From assembly GCA_965153355.1 (NCBI GenBank), contig OZ231126.1, positions 21,514,001 to 21,578,000 of the forward strand: a stretch of DNA of 64,000 nt, given 5' to 3'. Below, in pieces: positions 1-15,113 of this stretch. Below the pieces are notes generated by a model that searched no databases, was not told the DNA's origin, and was given only the letters and a program-made list of their open reading frames with translations. Position 1 is the stretch's first letter; each line of letters starts with the position of its first letter. A program made the position numbers and the translations under genes. The stretch is from Flaccisagitta enflata (taxonomy: Eukaryota).

Positions 1-643
1 GATTTGATGGACTGTGTAGGTGGGGTTGAGGGGATAAAGAGGCGTTAGGTGGTTTTTTCCCATCAGGGTGATTTGATGGACTGTGAGGTGGGGTTGAGTG
101 GGAGAAGAGGGCAGTTAGGTGGTTTTTCCCATCAGGGTGGGATTTGATGGACTGGTAGGTTGAGTGGGATAAAGAGGCGTTAGGTGGTTTTTTCCCATCA
201 GGGTGGGATTTGATGGACTGTAGGTGGGATGGGGATAAAGAGGCGTTAGGTGGTTTTTTCCCATCAGGGTGGGATTTGATGGACTGTGTAGGTGGGTTGA
301 GTGGGATAAAGAGGCGTTAGGTGGTTTTTTCCCATCAGGGTGGGATTTGATGGACTGTGTAGGTGGGTTGAGTGGGATAAAGAGGCGTTAGGTGGTTTTT
401 TTCCCATCAGGGTGGGATTTGATGGACTGTGTAGGTGGGTTGAGTGGGATAAAGAGGCGTTAGGTGGTTTTTTCCCATCAGGGTGGGATTTGATGGACTG
501 TGTAGGTGGGTTGAGTGGGATAAAGAGGCGTTAGGTGGTTTTTTCCCATCAGGGTGGGATTTGATGGACTGTGTAGGTGGGTTGAGTGGGATAAAGAGGC
601 GTTAGGTGGTTTTTTCCCATCAGGGTGGGATTTGATGGACTGT
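1..643. repeat. Tandem satellite, ~71-72 bp G-rich unit, ~9 copies, truncated by window start
   Basis: Unit TGGGATTTGATGGACTGTGTAGGTGGGTTGAGTGGGATAAAGAGGCGTTAGGTGGTTTTTTCCCATCAGGG recurs (e.g. at 341 and 413); the first ~240 bp carry small indels. Confidence 0.95.
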
Positions 644-750
644 GAAGCGGCCTTATTGCTCAATGTAATCCTCAACGAGAAGCCAACCGACGAGTTCTTA
701 TTGGCGTTTTTCGTTTCCCAGCAAACAAATTGAAATAGCCAAACATTAGA

Positions 751-881
<131 letters not shown>

Positions 882-1781
882 AGAAGAAAGCTAGCAAGTA
901 GAGCGCGCCAAAGAGAAGGCTGGCTAAAGCAGAGGTTCGGGATGAGTGAAGGAGCAAGCGAGCGAAAGAGGTTAAAGGCCATCGAGTCGCGCGTATGTTT
1001 ACCCTCCATGCACGAAGACCTTGCTCCGCTCTGCTCCTCCTCTTTGCTCCTCCTCCTTGTACATCCATCTCCCCTTTTCTCGCGTGGTTACTCCTCCATC
1101 CTTTTCTTATTTTGGCCTCATTTCATACCCTCCCTAAGCCATATTTACCACCGTAATTTCACCCACCCTTTCCTCCATTACACGTTGATTTTCCACTGTT
1201 ATTGCTACAGTTTCTCTCACCCTTTTCTCCATTACACTTTAATTTTCCTCCTTTCACCAATTCATGTCCTCTCCTTTTAGCACCTTTTAGCACTTTTCCT
1301 CACCATTCCCCTTACCATGTCTTTTTCCGGGCTTATCCCCTATCATGCACAAATCAATACAATAGATCAATACATCCCGTCTCAGTACTCAGTTCTTTTT
1401 TTACAATTCCTTTATTATATTTACAACCTTTCCATAATGCAGACAACTATTTTCATTTTTTGTTAATCCTCATTTACCTCATTCCCCCCCCCTTCCTCAC
1501 ACCCCTAACTGCTTCATTCATGAAATTCTTCATTCTTATTCGCTGCTTCCTTGCCTCCTATTTTATCAGTATATTTTGTACACGCTCTTTATCCACCGTC
1601 TTCAATACCCCCGGTCCAGTATATTCTCTCCTTAACACTCTGTTTACCCCGTCTTGGATACCGTCTTTAACACCCTCGGCATCCCATTTCCTCCAGAACT
1701 TGGTCTCGGTTCTCGAATTCGGTTCTTCCTCTATTTCGTAATAGTCAGTTGAAATCGCTTTCCTTCCTCCATCACTTATTC

Positions 1782-1945
<164 letters not shown>

Positions 1946-2354
1946 AAAGTTGTTTGTCGTACAAAATCGCCCAATTCGTCGTCGTTGTCATCACAGTCGT
2001 GTTTATCGTCGTCATCGTCGTCGGTTTGACATTTTGGTCACCATAACTACTTTCGTCTTCAATTTCGTCTTCATTCTAGTCGTCGTCGTCGTCGTCGGTA
2101 TCATCACCTCCATTGTCGTCGTCTTCGACGTCGTCATCAACATCATCTCTCAGACTTTTTGGCTCATCGTTTGCAACGTTGTGATTGTGAAGTCGCCCTC
2201 GTTTGCCATCGTCATCATCGTTTTAATGGGCATTTATGTCAACTTCATATGTCAACCATATGCCGCAATCATTTCTTCATCACGCTGAGAGTGATAGAGC
2301 GAGGGAGCTTGACTTTATGTTTTCACTCCGTTTACGCAGTGATTCTCAGTTTTT

Positions 2355-2820
2355 CTTTTCTTCCTTCCTTCCTTCCTTCCTTCCTTCCTTCCCTCCTTCC
2401 TTCCTTCCTTCCTTCCTTCCTTCCTTCCTTCCTTCCTTCCTTCTTTCCTTCCTTCCTTCCTTCCTACCTTCCTTCTTTCCTTCCTTCCTTCCTTCCTCCC
2501 TTGCTCCTTTCATTCCTTGCTTCCTTCATTCCTTGCTCTCTTGTTTTCTTTATTTTCTTCCTTCCTTCCTTCCATCCTTCCTTCCTTCCTTCCTTCCTTC
2601 CTTCCTTCCTTCCTTCCTTCATTCCTTGCTTTCTTGTTTCCTTCCTCCCTTCCCTCTCTTCTTCCTTCATTTTTTCCCTCTTTGTTTCCTTGTTTCCTTT
2701 CTTTCCTCCTTTCTTCCTTCTTCTGCTCATTCATTCCTCCCTTCCTTTCAACTATCCTTCCATCCGTCCATACATCCATCCATCCATCCATCCATCCATC
2801 CATCCATCCATTCATCCAAC
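2355..2820. repeat. (TTCC)n followed by (CATC)n simple repeats
   Basis: Directly visible; they explain the SFLP/HPSI pseudo-ORFs. Confidence 0.95.
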
Positions 2821-3404
2821 CATCTTTCTATTCGTCCAATCTCTCTTGTTTACGTTCTTTTTTTCTCTCTTTCTCCTTAACTTCTTATTATTTTTCCCCT
2901 CATTTCCTTCCTTTCTCTTTCCAGTCCTCCATTTCTTGATTCTCTCTTCAAAACCTTCCAATGCTACTGCAAATACAGTAAGTCTCAGTCTGTTTTTCTA
3001 CCTTTTCGGTTCATCCGTCTTTGCGTTCGTCTGTTTATCTATCTGATTATCTGACTCCGCCTTACTTTTCTTCCCTTTTCTTTTTCTCTCTCCCTTTTCT
3101 TTTTTCTCTTTTCTTTTCATTCTTTTCTTCTTTTTTCTCTTTCTTTTCTCTCTTTTCTTCTTTTTTCTGTTTTCTTTTCTTCTCTCTTTCCTCTTTAAAG
3201 GTCTTTCCCATCCGATCGTAAAAAGAAAATGATGGCTATTGCAACCTTCAAAACCTCTTTGCTCTCTTTCTCTTCAAGAAGGTGACTTTGAGTCAGAGGA
3301 GTCATTCTTTTCTCTTAGTCATTACATATGCGGTAATTCATTAGTCAGGTCTCTTTCACTCTCTGTCTCTGTCTCAATATGTCTGTCCGTCTAACTGTCT
3401 TGCT

Positions 3405-3510
<106 letters not shown>

Positions 3511-4437
3511 CAGAGACAGAGAGACAGACAGAGACAGACAGACAGACAGAGAAAGCTAGAGCGAGACTATGTCACACAAGGGACTCTCACTCCCACGCAA
3601 GTTACGACGCGGAACCGTGAGCCAACAGCGCAATTTGTACCCTCCGTCTTTCTCGCTGTGAGAGACCGGCTACACCACTTCTACTTAGTTTCCATTCATT
3701 TCCCCATTTCTACCCTTAATATCCATTCTCGTCCTTTTCCTATTTTTGTGTCGCAAAAATAGAAAAAGGTCATGTCTGTCAATCCGTCCGTCTGTTGGGT
3801 TAAAATCGGTGGCGCTCTTCAATGGAACCGTCAAGAAAAAGACGTCTTACTTCATGCTTGCGATGCCCAAAGAGAATGGATGTTGTTGTTGTGTTCTTGT
3901 CAATAATTCTCAACATAATTACAAATTTTATGACACCAATACCCAAACTCGAGCTCAACCTCACATCAAAAGGGCCAACACCCAGGGTCATCCTGAAATC
4001 GCCAGTTTTAACAGTTTTAAGCATCCCAAACCCATCAACAAGTGCTAACACCGCAACCTCATCCTAAAAGCACAAGAATCACACCCCCAAGCCCATCCGC
4101 TTGACAAAAATACCAACACCCCAAGCTCATCCGATTTTGTGATTATTCTGATTCACTCTCGTGTTCTTTGAGAGTGCGAGCCTTGATTCCTTTCCACCTC
4201 CGTGAGTAAAGCTCCACGAGGGAATTTCCAGATTTCAGTTTTGTTCCAATCTAACTAGAATAGAAGAGACGCGCGAGCATTGTTGTTAGTGGACGCACTC
4301 AGCCGAAGTGGGTCCCTCTGATCCTGTCTGTCCCTGACTTTTTGTCTGTCTCTTTCACTGTTTTTCTGACTCTCTTTCATCTACTTGTCATGCTCTCTGT
4401 ATATCTGACCCGGTTTTTTTCGGGGGTATGTCTGTCA

Positions 4438-4552
<115 letters not shown>

Positions 4553-4989
4553 GGTCTCATCCTTCTTTGAATCTCTGAATCAATCGAGGTGCGAGAGACA
4601 CTACATGCAGGGAACACACACAACACACATAAACGTGCACCTACTCGCACACACAACACGCGCGCGTTCGTTCGCGTCCACGTTTTTTTTCGCGACAACG
4701 CGCATCTTTCTCTCTTTCTCTGAACGTCGTTTCTCTCTCTCAGCCTCGAGCCCACTTTTGAACTCTCTCAGTCACTCGAGCGAAGGCGCGCGCGCGCGAT
4801 GTGGACCATGATTAAGCCGAGTTGTTGACAAAATGATTAATTCCGAGAGAGAGAAAAAATCCTCGCCATTCGTGTTTTTCCGTCGTGATTCTCTTTTTTG
4901 GTTTGGATACTTTTTCATCCGAAATCACGAATTTACTCGCAACTCCGTGTTACAGAATATCATCATTTGCCGCCGCCATTTGATGCATC

Positions 4990-5390
4990 TCGTTCCCTCG
5001 TCTTCCGGGGTTTTGAACACGTACATGGAGCAACTTGGATATTGGGTGTTACCGAAACGAAACGTCGTGTTTATTTCTCACCTTTTGGGGGGGTTCTTCA
5101 ATGCCGAATTTGCCTGCTGCTACTCGGATATTGGAAAATACCAGAACATCAATCGTCATTCTTTCACTTTTGGATACTAAATCCTTCGCTGTTTGTTACA
5201 TGGAATTACTCAGTTATTGAATAATGCCGGAACAACGTACTTCATACTCTCCTCTCTATTGTTTTATATGATGCCAAATTTTCATGGTGCCACTCGGATA
5301 TTGAAAAATTCGTCATTCTTTCGCTTTGGATACTTCATATTACGCTGTTTGTTACATGGAATAACTCGGATAATGGATAATACACCTCAT
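4990..5390. repeat. Degenerate tandem repeat with core TGTTACATGGAA(T/A)TACTCGGATA
   Basis: Motif variants recur near 5020, 5120, 5195, 5290 and 5350. Confidence 0.55.
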
Positions 5391-6189
5391 TGTCGCAATT
5401 GACATAATTGCATTTCTCCTCTGTGCTCATCGTTACATCGAAGCTGCATTTTACACGGAAATGTGCACGAATAAAAATGTTCAAATCATTTCTCAATTCA
5501 CATCGTTGACTCTTTCAGCGTCGACAATCATCAATAATTTGAATCGTTTCTTTCCGTATGAAGTACAACTTTTTCCGTCTCTCAAATGGATTCAGTAAAT
5601 TTTCTTTTTTCCGTTTTAGCTTTTGAAACGCGGATCACTTTTTAAAGCGGACTTCGCGCGATGAACTGGACAAAATGATCAATAATTTAGTTCCTTTCCA
5701 TTCATCGATTCGGACTACTACTACCGTATCACTACTACGTCACTATGTACTTCTTGCGCCCTGTCTTAACTTAGTTTCCGTCCGACATCTTCGCGCTAGC
5801 GTTGCTAAAAGGCTCGTATCTCGTGAATGGAAATAAAGAAACAAGGCAGCATATACGGCTACCTAAGTGGCGTGTGGGTGGGAAGGGGCAGTGCGAAAAA
5901 GGCAAACCAAATATCTGGGCAGGAGCTGTAATGTAAAAACCGACCATAAACGCTGAAAAGGCAAAGCGTTACCGATAGATCAACTGACTGACATCTAGCG
6001 GGTTACAGAGTTGATGAAAAGCACAAAAATTCAAAGAAAGAAATTGTGTGTCAATACCATGACGATGATTTCGTGAAAATAACCCAGAGCCGACAAATGA
6101 AGAAACCAAGAACTCTTAGGATATTAGTTATCCATGTCACAGACCTACCTTCCTATCCACCTACCTACCTACTGCAATGGGCACAATAT

Positions 6190-6490
6190 GGGCACTCAAA
6201 AGAAAAATGATTTCCATGCACTTTCCATGTTCCATTTGCATAACCAAAGCCCAATCTACTTGGAAAATCGATTTGGACTTGATCTAGACACTTCTTAATC
6301 AATGCTATTGTTGTGTAGAATAACAAGAATTTTTTCCCAAAGCTACAGCAATCAATCCTATACATTAACAGCATTGATTACGGAGTGCCTAGATCAAATT
6401 TAAATCAATATTCCATCTAGACCGGGCTCCAATTATGCAAGTGGAACATGAAAAGTGCTTAGAAATGTATTTCTATTCGAATGTCCACCT
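6190..6490. mobile_element. Old palindromic MITE-like element (~135 bp imperfect arms)
   Basis: GCACTTTCCATGTTCCATTTGCATAA...TTGATCTAGACAC...TAATCAATGCT is the approximate reverse complement of AGCATTGATTA...GTGCCTAGATCAA...TTATGCAAGTGGAACATGAAAAGTGC; ends approximate. Confidence 0.7.
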
Positions 6491-6811
6491 AAGTACTTAC
6501 CCACCTCTCTCTTCTTGAGTTGAGACGCGAGGATGCATCTGCAATATACGCGTGCCCATTTCGTTCTCAAAAGAATGAAACAAATCAAAATTAAACCCTA
6601 TTGCTTGTTATAGGAGACGACCTTTCCTATCGAGTATCGATTTGTTCTCCTCTTGAACGCGCGCCAATTCCATTACGTAGCTTTCAAAAGCAATCCTCGC
6701 ATCTTCCGCTTGTCCAAAGATTGCGTGCGTCCTTCTCCATCCACTTTTCTCTCTTTCTCTCTCTTTGCCTTGTCAATCAATTTTACTGCCGCGATCACGC
6801 GCCGAACCACT

Positions 6812-6889
<78 letters not shown>

Positions 6890-7081
6890 CCTCCTCCACC
6901 TCTTCCCTTGTCTTCACGCCTGTCTCCTCTCTCTTTCCTTTCTCACAGCTCTTCACCCTCGCCCCCTCCCCCGTCCCTCGCCTCGGCCGCGTGTCCGTCA
7001 CGCAACAACTCATATGGCATTTGATAGAAAAAATGTTTTCATTCCGATAAAGTGATAAAAAAACGAATTGTGAGAAAAAAG

Positions 7082-7179
<98 letters not shown>

Positions 7180-7644
7180 ACAGACACAGAGAGAGACAGA
7201 CTGACAGACAGACAGACAGACAGACAGGCAGAGACTCATACAAAAACAGGCCAGCACAAAAAGAGGAGGACACAAAGAGAGCCAAGAAGAAATAGAAAGT
7301 CTTGCAGTGCCGCAGTCTGACAGAAAAAGAACAAAATAGGGACAGAGACCCATAAATGAGGAGATAAAAAAGAAAAAAGGGGAAAATGGTGAGTGACATT
7401 CTTGAAAAGTGTCGAGCGCATATCAGAGTTGCGCAGAACAATTTCAAAGCTAATTCCTCAGCAAATTATTTGATCCAACGGAATTCAAGTTGCCATTAGC
7501 CAGAGCTAAGAGAGGTGTCAAAGCTAAAGTGGTTTAATGGGAATTTAGAAGCGACACCGCCTGTCTCTCACTTTCAGTTGTGCGAGGGCGCGCTGGTTGA
7601 GTAGACCGTGAAGATCTGTCGTGGAGGAAAGAGAGAATGTGAGA

Positions 7645-7735
<91 letters not shown>

Positions 7736-8089
7736 TGTACACTGGCTCGTTTGCATTCTATACTCGTAAATATACCAATCACACTGCAACAAAGCTGAAA
7801 GAATACATTTTTCTTCCCATATACGAACAAACTTGCCTGCACTTGTGCGGGTGGTCATTGGGGCGGTCAGTTGGTCGGTACGGTCGGTGCGGGCGGTCGT
7901 CCTTTTATTGTTGGCCTCAGGAAAAAAAAAACACGTGAAGAAAGACGAATTGTTGAGGGGAAATCAATGGAAGAAAAAAAGAAGACGAAAAGATAAAGGA
8001 AAAAAAAAGAGAGAAAGGAAAAGGGAAAAACCGAATGGCGAGAGCATAGAGAGCCATATCACAAACAACGACGAGAAAGCTAAGACGCG

Positions 8090-8158
<69 letters not shown>

Positions 8159-8908
8159 GAAAAAAAGGAAGAACCGAAAGACGAAGCAAAAAACCAATTT
8201 AACAAACCAATGCCCAGGCGTTCTCCCTTCATTGCTTCCAATAGACAGAGGATAATCACTTTGAGTGGCCGAACTAAAAAAAGGAAAGGCAAGAGAAAAA
8301 AATTGAAAGGACCTCTCGCTCTTCGTTTTCTCCCTCTTGTATATGATAGATGTGGTTTCTCTGTGCATATGTCACTAAAACTTGAATCTATCGTCTGTTG
8401 AACAAAAAGTAAAGGAAGAAAGAGAACTGAATTAGTAAAACCATACAAAAGTAAAAACGATGAGAAAAAAGAGATACTAAGTGAACTATGGTTTAAAAAA
8501 AGAAAGGAAGATGGAAATGGATAAAAAGAAAGAAACAAAGAAAGGAAAAAACAAAGAAAGAAAGACAGATAAAAGAAAATGGGAAAGAAAGAAAGAAAGA
8601 AAGAAAGGCAAACAAAGACAGAAAGTGAAAAAAAAAGTATGAAAATAAAAATAGATGCAAGAGAGGAGGAAAACGAAAAAGAAAAAACAAAAACAAAAGA
8701 AATTAAGCAAAAAAAAAAAAAAACAAAATGGAATGAATTGAAAAAACCAAAAGGGAATAAAGTGAAAAAACAAGAAGGCGGATGAATAAAAGAAAGACGA
8801 AAAACAGATAAAAGGAAGCCATATCACAAACAAGCGGAAGATGCGTTCGTGAGTTAATGAAATGTTATTGGGTCAAAAGGTTTCCATCCATTTACAAATG
8901 GAAGACAC

Positions 8909-8992
<84 letters not shown>

Positions 8993-9116
8993 CGAGAGAG
9001 AGAGAGAGAACGAAAAAGAGAAACAGAAACAGAAAGAGAAAGAGAAAGAGAAAGGTAGAGGCAAAAACAGACAGACACAGAGGCAAACAAAAACAGACAG
9101 AGAGACACTCGTGCAG

Positions 9117-11065
9117 TAGGACAGGGGTTCTGACACAGATTTTGGCAGATCCTTCTTGTTAACGGCACTTTGGCTCAAAATCAATGTAGTATTAATGTTC
9201 TGCCTTCAAAAGTCGCATTGGGTATCAGGAAATTGTGACCACCACCCCCCACCCCCATTCAGAAGGTGGTGACCTCTAAAGATTAAGCAATTCGCCTTCT
9301 TTTGCTAATGAATTCTAAATGGATCATTCAAAAAGCCTGGTGATGGTCTCATTTGAAAGGTATTTACGTGGAGAACATGAAAGATTACTGATATGAAAGA
9401 GGAGGAGGGACCTTAAGGGTCCCTAAAGTGATTGAAGAAGGCCCCAAAGCATCAATACATGAAAATGTGCAGTGATTTGTTAAAAGAACTAGGTAATGGT
9501 GTCATTTAAAATGTTTCTCCCATAGAGTATGAAATTATTGATATGGAAGAGGGGGCTCAAAGGGCCTAAGAAAAAGGTTAAAGGGGCCTTGAAGGATCGA
9601 TAACCATGAAAATGTAGATTAAACTGTTTGATAAATCTGATTGTGGTGTTTTTGGAAGGTATCTACATGGAGAACATGAAATGTTATTGACATGGATGAT
9701 GGGGTCCCTAGGTGGCCGCTTAGGGCCCCCAAAGGGATTGAAGAGGACCTTAAAGGATCTAAAGTCTTGAAAATTTAAAATGAATTGTTCAAAAAATCTG
9801 GAAGTGGTCTCATTTAGAAGATACTTACATAAAAAACATAAAACGTTACTGATATGGAAAATTTGGTTTCCAGGGGGCCCCAAAGGAGCCGCTAAGGATT
9901 GAAAGAGGGCCCCAATGAATCCAAAATCATGAAAATCTTGAATTGTCTTAGTTTTCTCTAAAAGACGGACCAAAATAAACAAACTTAGGTATACAGACAG
10001 ACACACAAAAAGACAGACAGACAAATGTGTCAAGATTTTCCCTTAATCTTGACACATAGGATTTGACATCCATAACTGATTGCCCAGCTAAACTCAACTG
10101 AACTCCACACTCTGCACTCTCACTCTTTGTTTATCCGCCCATTTGTTTGTCTGTCTTATTGTCCGTCTTTCTGTCTGTATACCTATCTGTTTGTATATTT
10201 TGGTCTGTCTTTTAAAGAAAACTATGACAACTCAAGATTTTCATGTTTTTGGATTTATTGGGGCCCTTTACTCCTTAGCTAGCGGCTCCTTTGGGACCAA
10301 ATTTTCCATATCAGTAACGCTTTTTATGTTTTTATGTAAATGCCTTCCAAATGAGACCACTACCAGATTTGATCAATTCATTTTAAATTTTCAAGACTTT
10401 AGATCCTTTTGGGTCCTCTTCAATCCCTTTTGGGGCCCTAAGCGGCCACCTAGGGACCCTATCATCCATGTCAATAACATTTCATGTTCTCCACATAGAT
10501 ACCTTCCATAAACACCACAATCAGATTTATCAAAGAGTCCAATCTACATTTTCATGGTTATAGATCCTTTAAGGGACCCTTTTACCCCTTTGGGGTTCTT
10601 TATGGGCCCCTTTGGAGCCCCTCTTCCATAACAGTAATTTTTCATATTCTATGGGTAAAAACATTTTAAATGACACCATTACCTAGTTTTTTAAAAAATC
10701 ATTGCACATTTTCATGTATTGGATGCTTTGGGGGCCCCTTCAATCACTTTAGGGGCCCCTTAAGGGCCCCCCTTGAGACCCCTCTTTCATGTCAGTAATT
10801 TTTCATGTTCTCCACGTAAATGCCTTTCAAATGAGACCATCACCAGGCTTTTTGAATGATCCATTTAGAATTTATTAGCAAAAGAAGGCGAATTGCTTAA
10901 TCTTTAGAGGTCACCACCTTCTGAGGGGGGTAGGGGGTGGCGGTCACAATTTCCTGATACCCAATGCGACTTTTGAAGGCAGAACATTGATACTACATTG
11001 ATTTTGAGCCAAAGCGCCGTTAACAAGAAGGATCTACCAAAATTTGTGTCAGAACCCCTGTCCTA
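9117..11065. mobile_element. Foldback-type non-autonomous DNA transposon with ~0.9 kb inverted arms and 8-bp TSD (hAT/P-like)
   Basis: Starts TAGGACAGGGGTTCTGACACA and ends TGTGTCAGAACCCCTGTCCTA; TCGTGCAG duplicated at 9109-9116 and 11066-11073; inverted similarity runs to ~10028 / ~10140. Confidence 0.93.
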
Positions 11066-11342
11066 TCGTGCAGTTCTACTGAAAACATGGCTGACTAATA
11101 AACAGAATATCGGAAAGACATACATATAGAAAGACAAACAAATAAAGATAACAAACAGGTGAGCGGGAGAAAGCAAGGCCAAGTAGGCCAAGTAGTTGCG
11201 TCGAGTGGATTGTCAAACGTTTGCGTTACCGACCGACCAACCGACCATCCAACCAACCAACCAGCCAACCACCTAAAAATGTAAAGAATGGGAATGTCGG
11301 AGAGAAGAGAAAGAAAAGGAGAGAAAGGCAAAATGGAACCGG

Positions 11343-11413
<71 letters not shown>

Positions 11414-12339
11414 ACTGAATGTGAAAGAGAGACAGAGAGATATTAAGACAGAGAGACAGAGACAACAGAGACAGAGACAACAGAGACGGAGACTAAAACC
11501 GACAGACTAAGACAGATAGACAGTGAGAGACTGAGAGAGACAGAGACAGAGACAGAGACTAAGAAAGAGAGGACGGAGAGTGCGCGCGCGTCTGCTTGGC
11601 AGCTGACGATAATGAGATTTTAGTGAGGAGTCAACGTGGAGCGCCGTAGAGGGCAATGGGGCTAGCAGGAAGGATTTTATGGGCAGAATGGCATTAATAG
11701 AGTTTGTGACCTCGGTGACAATAACGCCGATGCATCTGGAATGGATTGCTTTCATTTTCCCCTTCTTTTTTTCGCACTTTGCTCTCCTGAGAATTTTTGA
11801 GTCTTCAAGATCCACGGTTTTCGGAATTTGTTGATAGGAATATATAGTCAAATGTCCATTTTTGCATATGGAAAGAACGTCTATACGACTTACGAGGTCA
11901 TGTCTGTCAGTCTTTGGTTATCTGTTGCTTGTTTGGATAGAAGATGTACGCTCCAAAACCACTTTTTAGTCGCGTACAATGTATATGCTACTCAAATTAC
12001 TCACTGTATATCGATGCGTCAACCTGTGGTGTATTGGATAGGCGAGGCGGTTGGTTGGTTCCCGGTCTGCATTTGGGGAGTATAGGGGCCACGGTGAATC
12101 GATATGGCATTTAGTCTTTTTTAATGGTTTTGTCACTGACCCTGACAGACCCTTCATACCGACATGCTGCTAGGAGTGTCGCACTCAAGCATAACAGATA
12201 AAAGCGTAATCTTACCCCCGTTCGTGGCATACCAAGCATTTTCCTCTCTGTTCCTGCCGCCGGTTTGTCTCTCTATCTCCACTGAGTTTTGATCCATTCG
12301 ATAACACTGCGAGGTGAAGAGAGGTCGACCGGGAGGTTA

Positions 12340-12392
<53 letters not shown>

Positions 12393-12920
12393 GCGAAAAA
12401 AAATCACTCTTTCACCATCCCCTTGCGGAAGCCCGGTCGCGATCATGAAGGTGAGCGTGGGAGAGCAAGACTGGGAAGACCATGATCTAGTGAATTTCAG
12501 CTGTTAAGAAGAAAAGAAACAAAGCTGGCTGCACGCCCCCCCCCCTGTTTAGTAAAGCAAAGTCAGTTGTTCAATCCACCGCAATCCGCTTACCAACCAA
12601 AAAATGTTATGGCCGGACAAAAGGTTGAATCAGTCTATGGATGGATGGACGGACGGACGGACGGATTGACAGAGCCAAGTCCGTGACCGCGACAAATACA
12701 AAAAAGAGGAAGCAGAAAATTAAGATGAAAAAAAAGAAGGATTTTTCTAAAAAAAAAGGTCTTCAAAAACCGAGACAACGAAGGTCGTTGGGCATGGTTG
12801 GGCAGTTACGCAAAAACAACCTTCAATTCAATTATGTTTTCCAGGGGCCGACCAACCGATTGACTAGGGGAAGAGCTACAACTTAAAATTTCTAAGGCTG
12901 AAAGCGCATCTTGTTTTGAA

Positions 12921-13131
12921 AACAAGGCCGGATACACGGCTACCCCAGTCGCGTGCGGGTGGGCAGGGGCCATAATTGAGGTCACTCCATCATTTGGGCA
13001 GGAGCAGTGAGGCCAAAAACCGCAAAAACCCGAAAAAAGGAAAGTGTGACGGACGGACGGACGGACGGACCGACGGACGGACCGACGGACCGACAAAGCG
13101 GGGTGTAGAGTCGCGTAGCACGCGACTAAAA
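12921..13131 (-). mobile_element. HINE/DINE-1-like Helentron-associated element, family 1
   Basis: On + strand: AACAAGGCCGGATACACGGC hairpin end, sub-TIR AGTCGCGTGC, (GGAC)n microsatellite, terminal hairpin AGTCGCGTAGCACGCGACT-AAAA. Confidence 0.85.
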
Positions 13132-13185
13132 ACTCGCCCCTTGAAGTGTTGGGAGTCATTGAAGGCGCAAATCACCACTGATCTA

Positions 13186-14091
13186 GGCGTTCTTGGTTTT
13201 GTTCAACGGAGATTTGTTCAACGGCGATTCGATTTCTCTTGCCGTCAGCTTTAACTAAACATTATCATTTTCTTCTTAGGGGCCCCTAAGGGCCCCCCAA
13301 AAAAGCCCTTATTGAGAATTTTTTTTTGAAAATAAAGTGGGGTGCAATCAATAGAAAATTGTTTGATTTGCCTAGATCCAAAATCCTGTATTTTCATTTT
13401 TTTTCAAAAAACTTGAAAAATTTTTTTGTCGCGCGTCAGGGACTAAGAAAAAAAATGACAAAATATTTTTTTCAAAAAATGATTTTCAAAAGTGGGGTGC
13501 AATCAATAGGAAATTGTTTGATTTGCCTAGATCCAAAATCCTGTATTTTCATTTTTTTTCAAAAAACTTTGAAATTTTTTGTATCGCGCGTCAGGGACTT
13601 AAAAAAAAAATCACAAAATATTTTTTTTGTAAAATGGTTTTCAAAAGTGGGGTGCTATCAATAGGAAATTGTTTGATTTGCCTAGATCCAAAATCTTGTA
13701 TTTTCATATTTTTTGCAAAAAACTTTGAAATTTTTTGTATCGCGCATCAGGGACTAAAAAAAAATCACAAAATATTTTTTTGAAAAATGGTTTTCAAAAG
13801 TGGGGTGCAATCGATAGGAAATTGTTTTATTCGCCTAGATCCAAAATCCTGTAACCTTAATACTTTTTCAGAAAAATGTAAAAATTTGATTGGGGGCGAG
13901 TTCAAAGAAAAAACGAAAAAAAAGAACGTCGGTTTTCTCTTTTACTTTTTAAGTATGAAAAAGGCCGTAACTTCTAAACTATTGATGCGATTGTCCTGAA
14001 ATTTGAAATACTAGCTGACATCATGCTTCTTGACGGACGAGGCAAAAATCTCGATTGTGAACCGTTGTAAAGTTGGACAAACTTCTTTGCC
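13186..14091. mobile_element. Putative non-autonomous DNA transposon with ~170 bp internal tandem repeats
   Basis: Ends ATCTA-GGC...GCC-TAGAT with imperfect inverted similarity (TTTGTTCAAC / GTTGGACAAA); internal unit AAAGTGGGGTGCAATCAATAGGAAATTGTTTGATTTGCCTAGATCCAAAATC occurs 4 times (13334-13850). Confidence 0.6.
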
Positions 14092-14722
14092 TAGATTGAC
14101 ATAGTGACGTAAGTATAGAGCCACGTGCACGCAACTGAAAAATGAAAGGATGGGATAGGCTTAAAAGTTTCTCTATGACATTCTTGATGAGGAGATAAGT
14201 AAATTTGTGAAAATAAGATGGATAAAAAATCGTTCAAGTTGGGGCGATGGTTGCATTTCGAGAGCCGGCAATTCGGCACTTATCACATAATGCAGAATCA
14301 CAGTCAACACTGTAGACTGTAGACTCTACAGATTCGCAAAGCATCACCCACACACAGCATCTGCACGTCGGAAATTATCGTCGTTGAGGCGCTTGCGCGC
14401 GATTTATTCCCATCATGCTTTTACTATTCCCTTTTGCCATATCAAAACGCGTTACTTGTGAGTTCCCATCCATCTCGCTCTTATATGGATTCAAATTTCC
14501 ATCTCTACAAATTATTGCTTGCACTTGTTTGTTTGTCTGTCTGTCTATATGCTTGCCTGTTTGTCTGTCAGTCCGTATGTCTTACCGTCCGTCTCTCTGC
14601 CTCTATCAGTTTCTCGACCTGTCTGTCTGTCTATCTGTCTGTCTGTCTGATTTTCTGTCTGTCTGTCTGTCTGTCTGCATAGCAGCCTACCTGTTAGCTT
14701 AACATTGGTCTCCTCAGCCTTC

Positions 14723-14788
<66 letters not shown>

Positions 14789-15113
14789 GGCGCGCGAGTA
14801 AGATCGAGAGAGTGTAAGCTCGCGAACACTTATTTCTGCTTGATTACTCGGACCATAACTTCCACTCTTTGACTGCGAATGTAGATTCCTTTCTACCTAG
14901 AATCAGCTTCCGTGCACATAAAAACTGCTAATAATGCTAGAATTTTTTCGCACAAGCTTTCACAAACTAAATGCTTAAATATCTAGTATGGAAAAATAAT
15001 AGGATAAGGAAATCAAAAGAAAAAAGCTAAGTCGGCTGTGAACGTGAACTGCAAGTGTAAGTCGACATGTCCTGAGTGACCGACGAACCGGCAAACGGAG
15101 TTGATACAAAGAG

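Noticed and set aside
1-643. TTAGG in each satellite unit as an arthropod telomere signal
   Set aside because: Only one isolated pentamer per unit and no tandem (TTAGG)n.
3746-4067. Overlapping short ORFs
   Set aside because: No domain, codon-like bias or splice support discernible.
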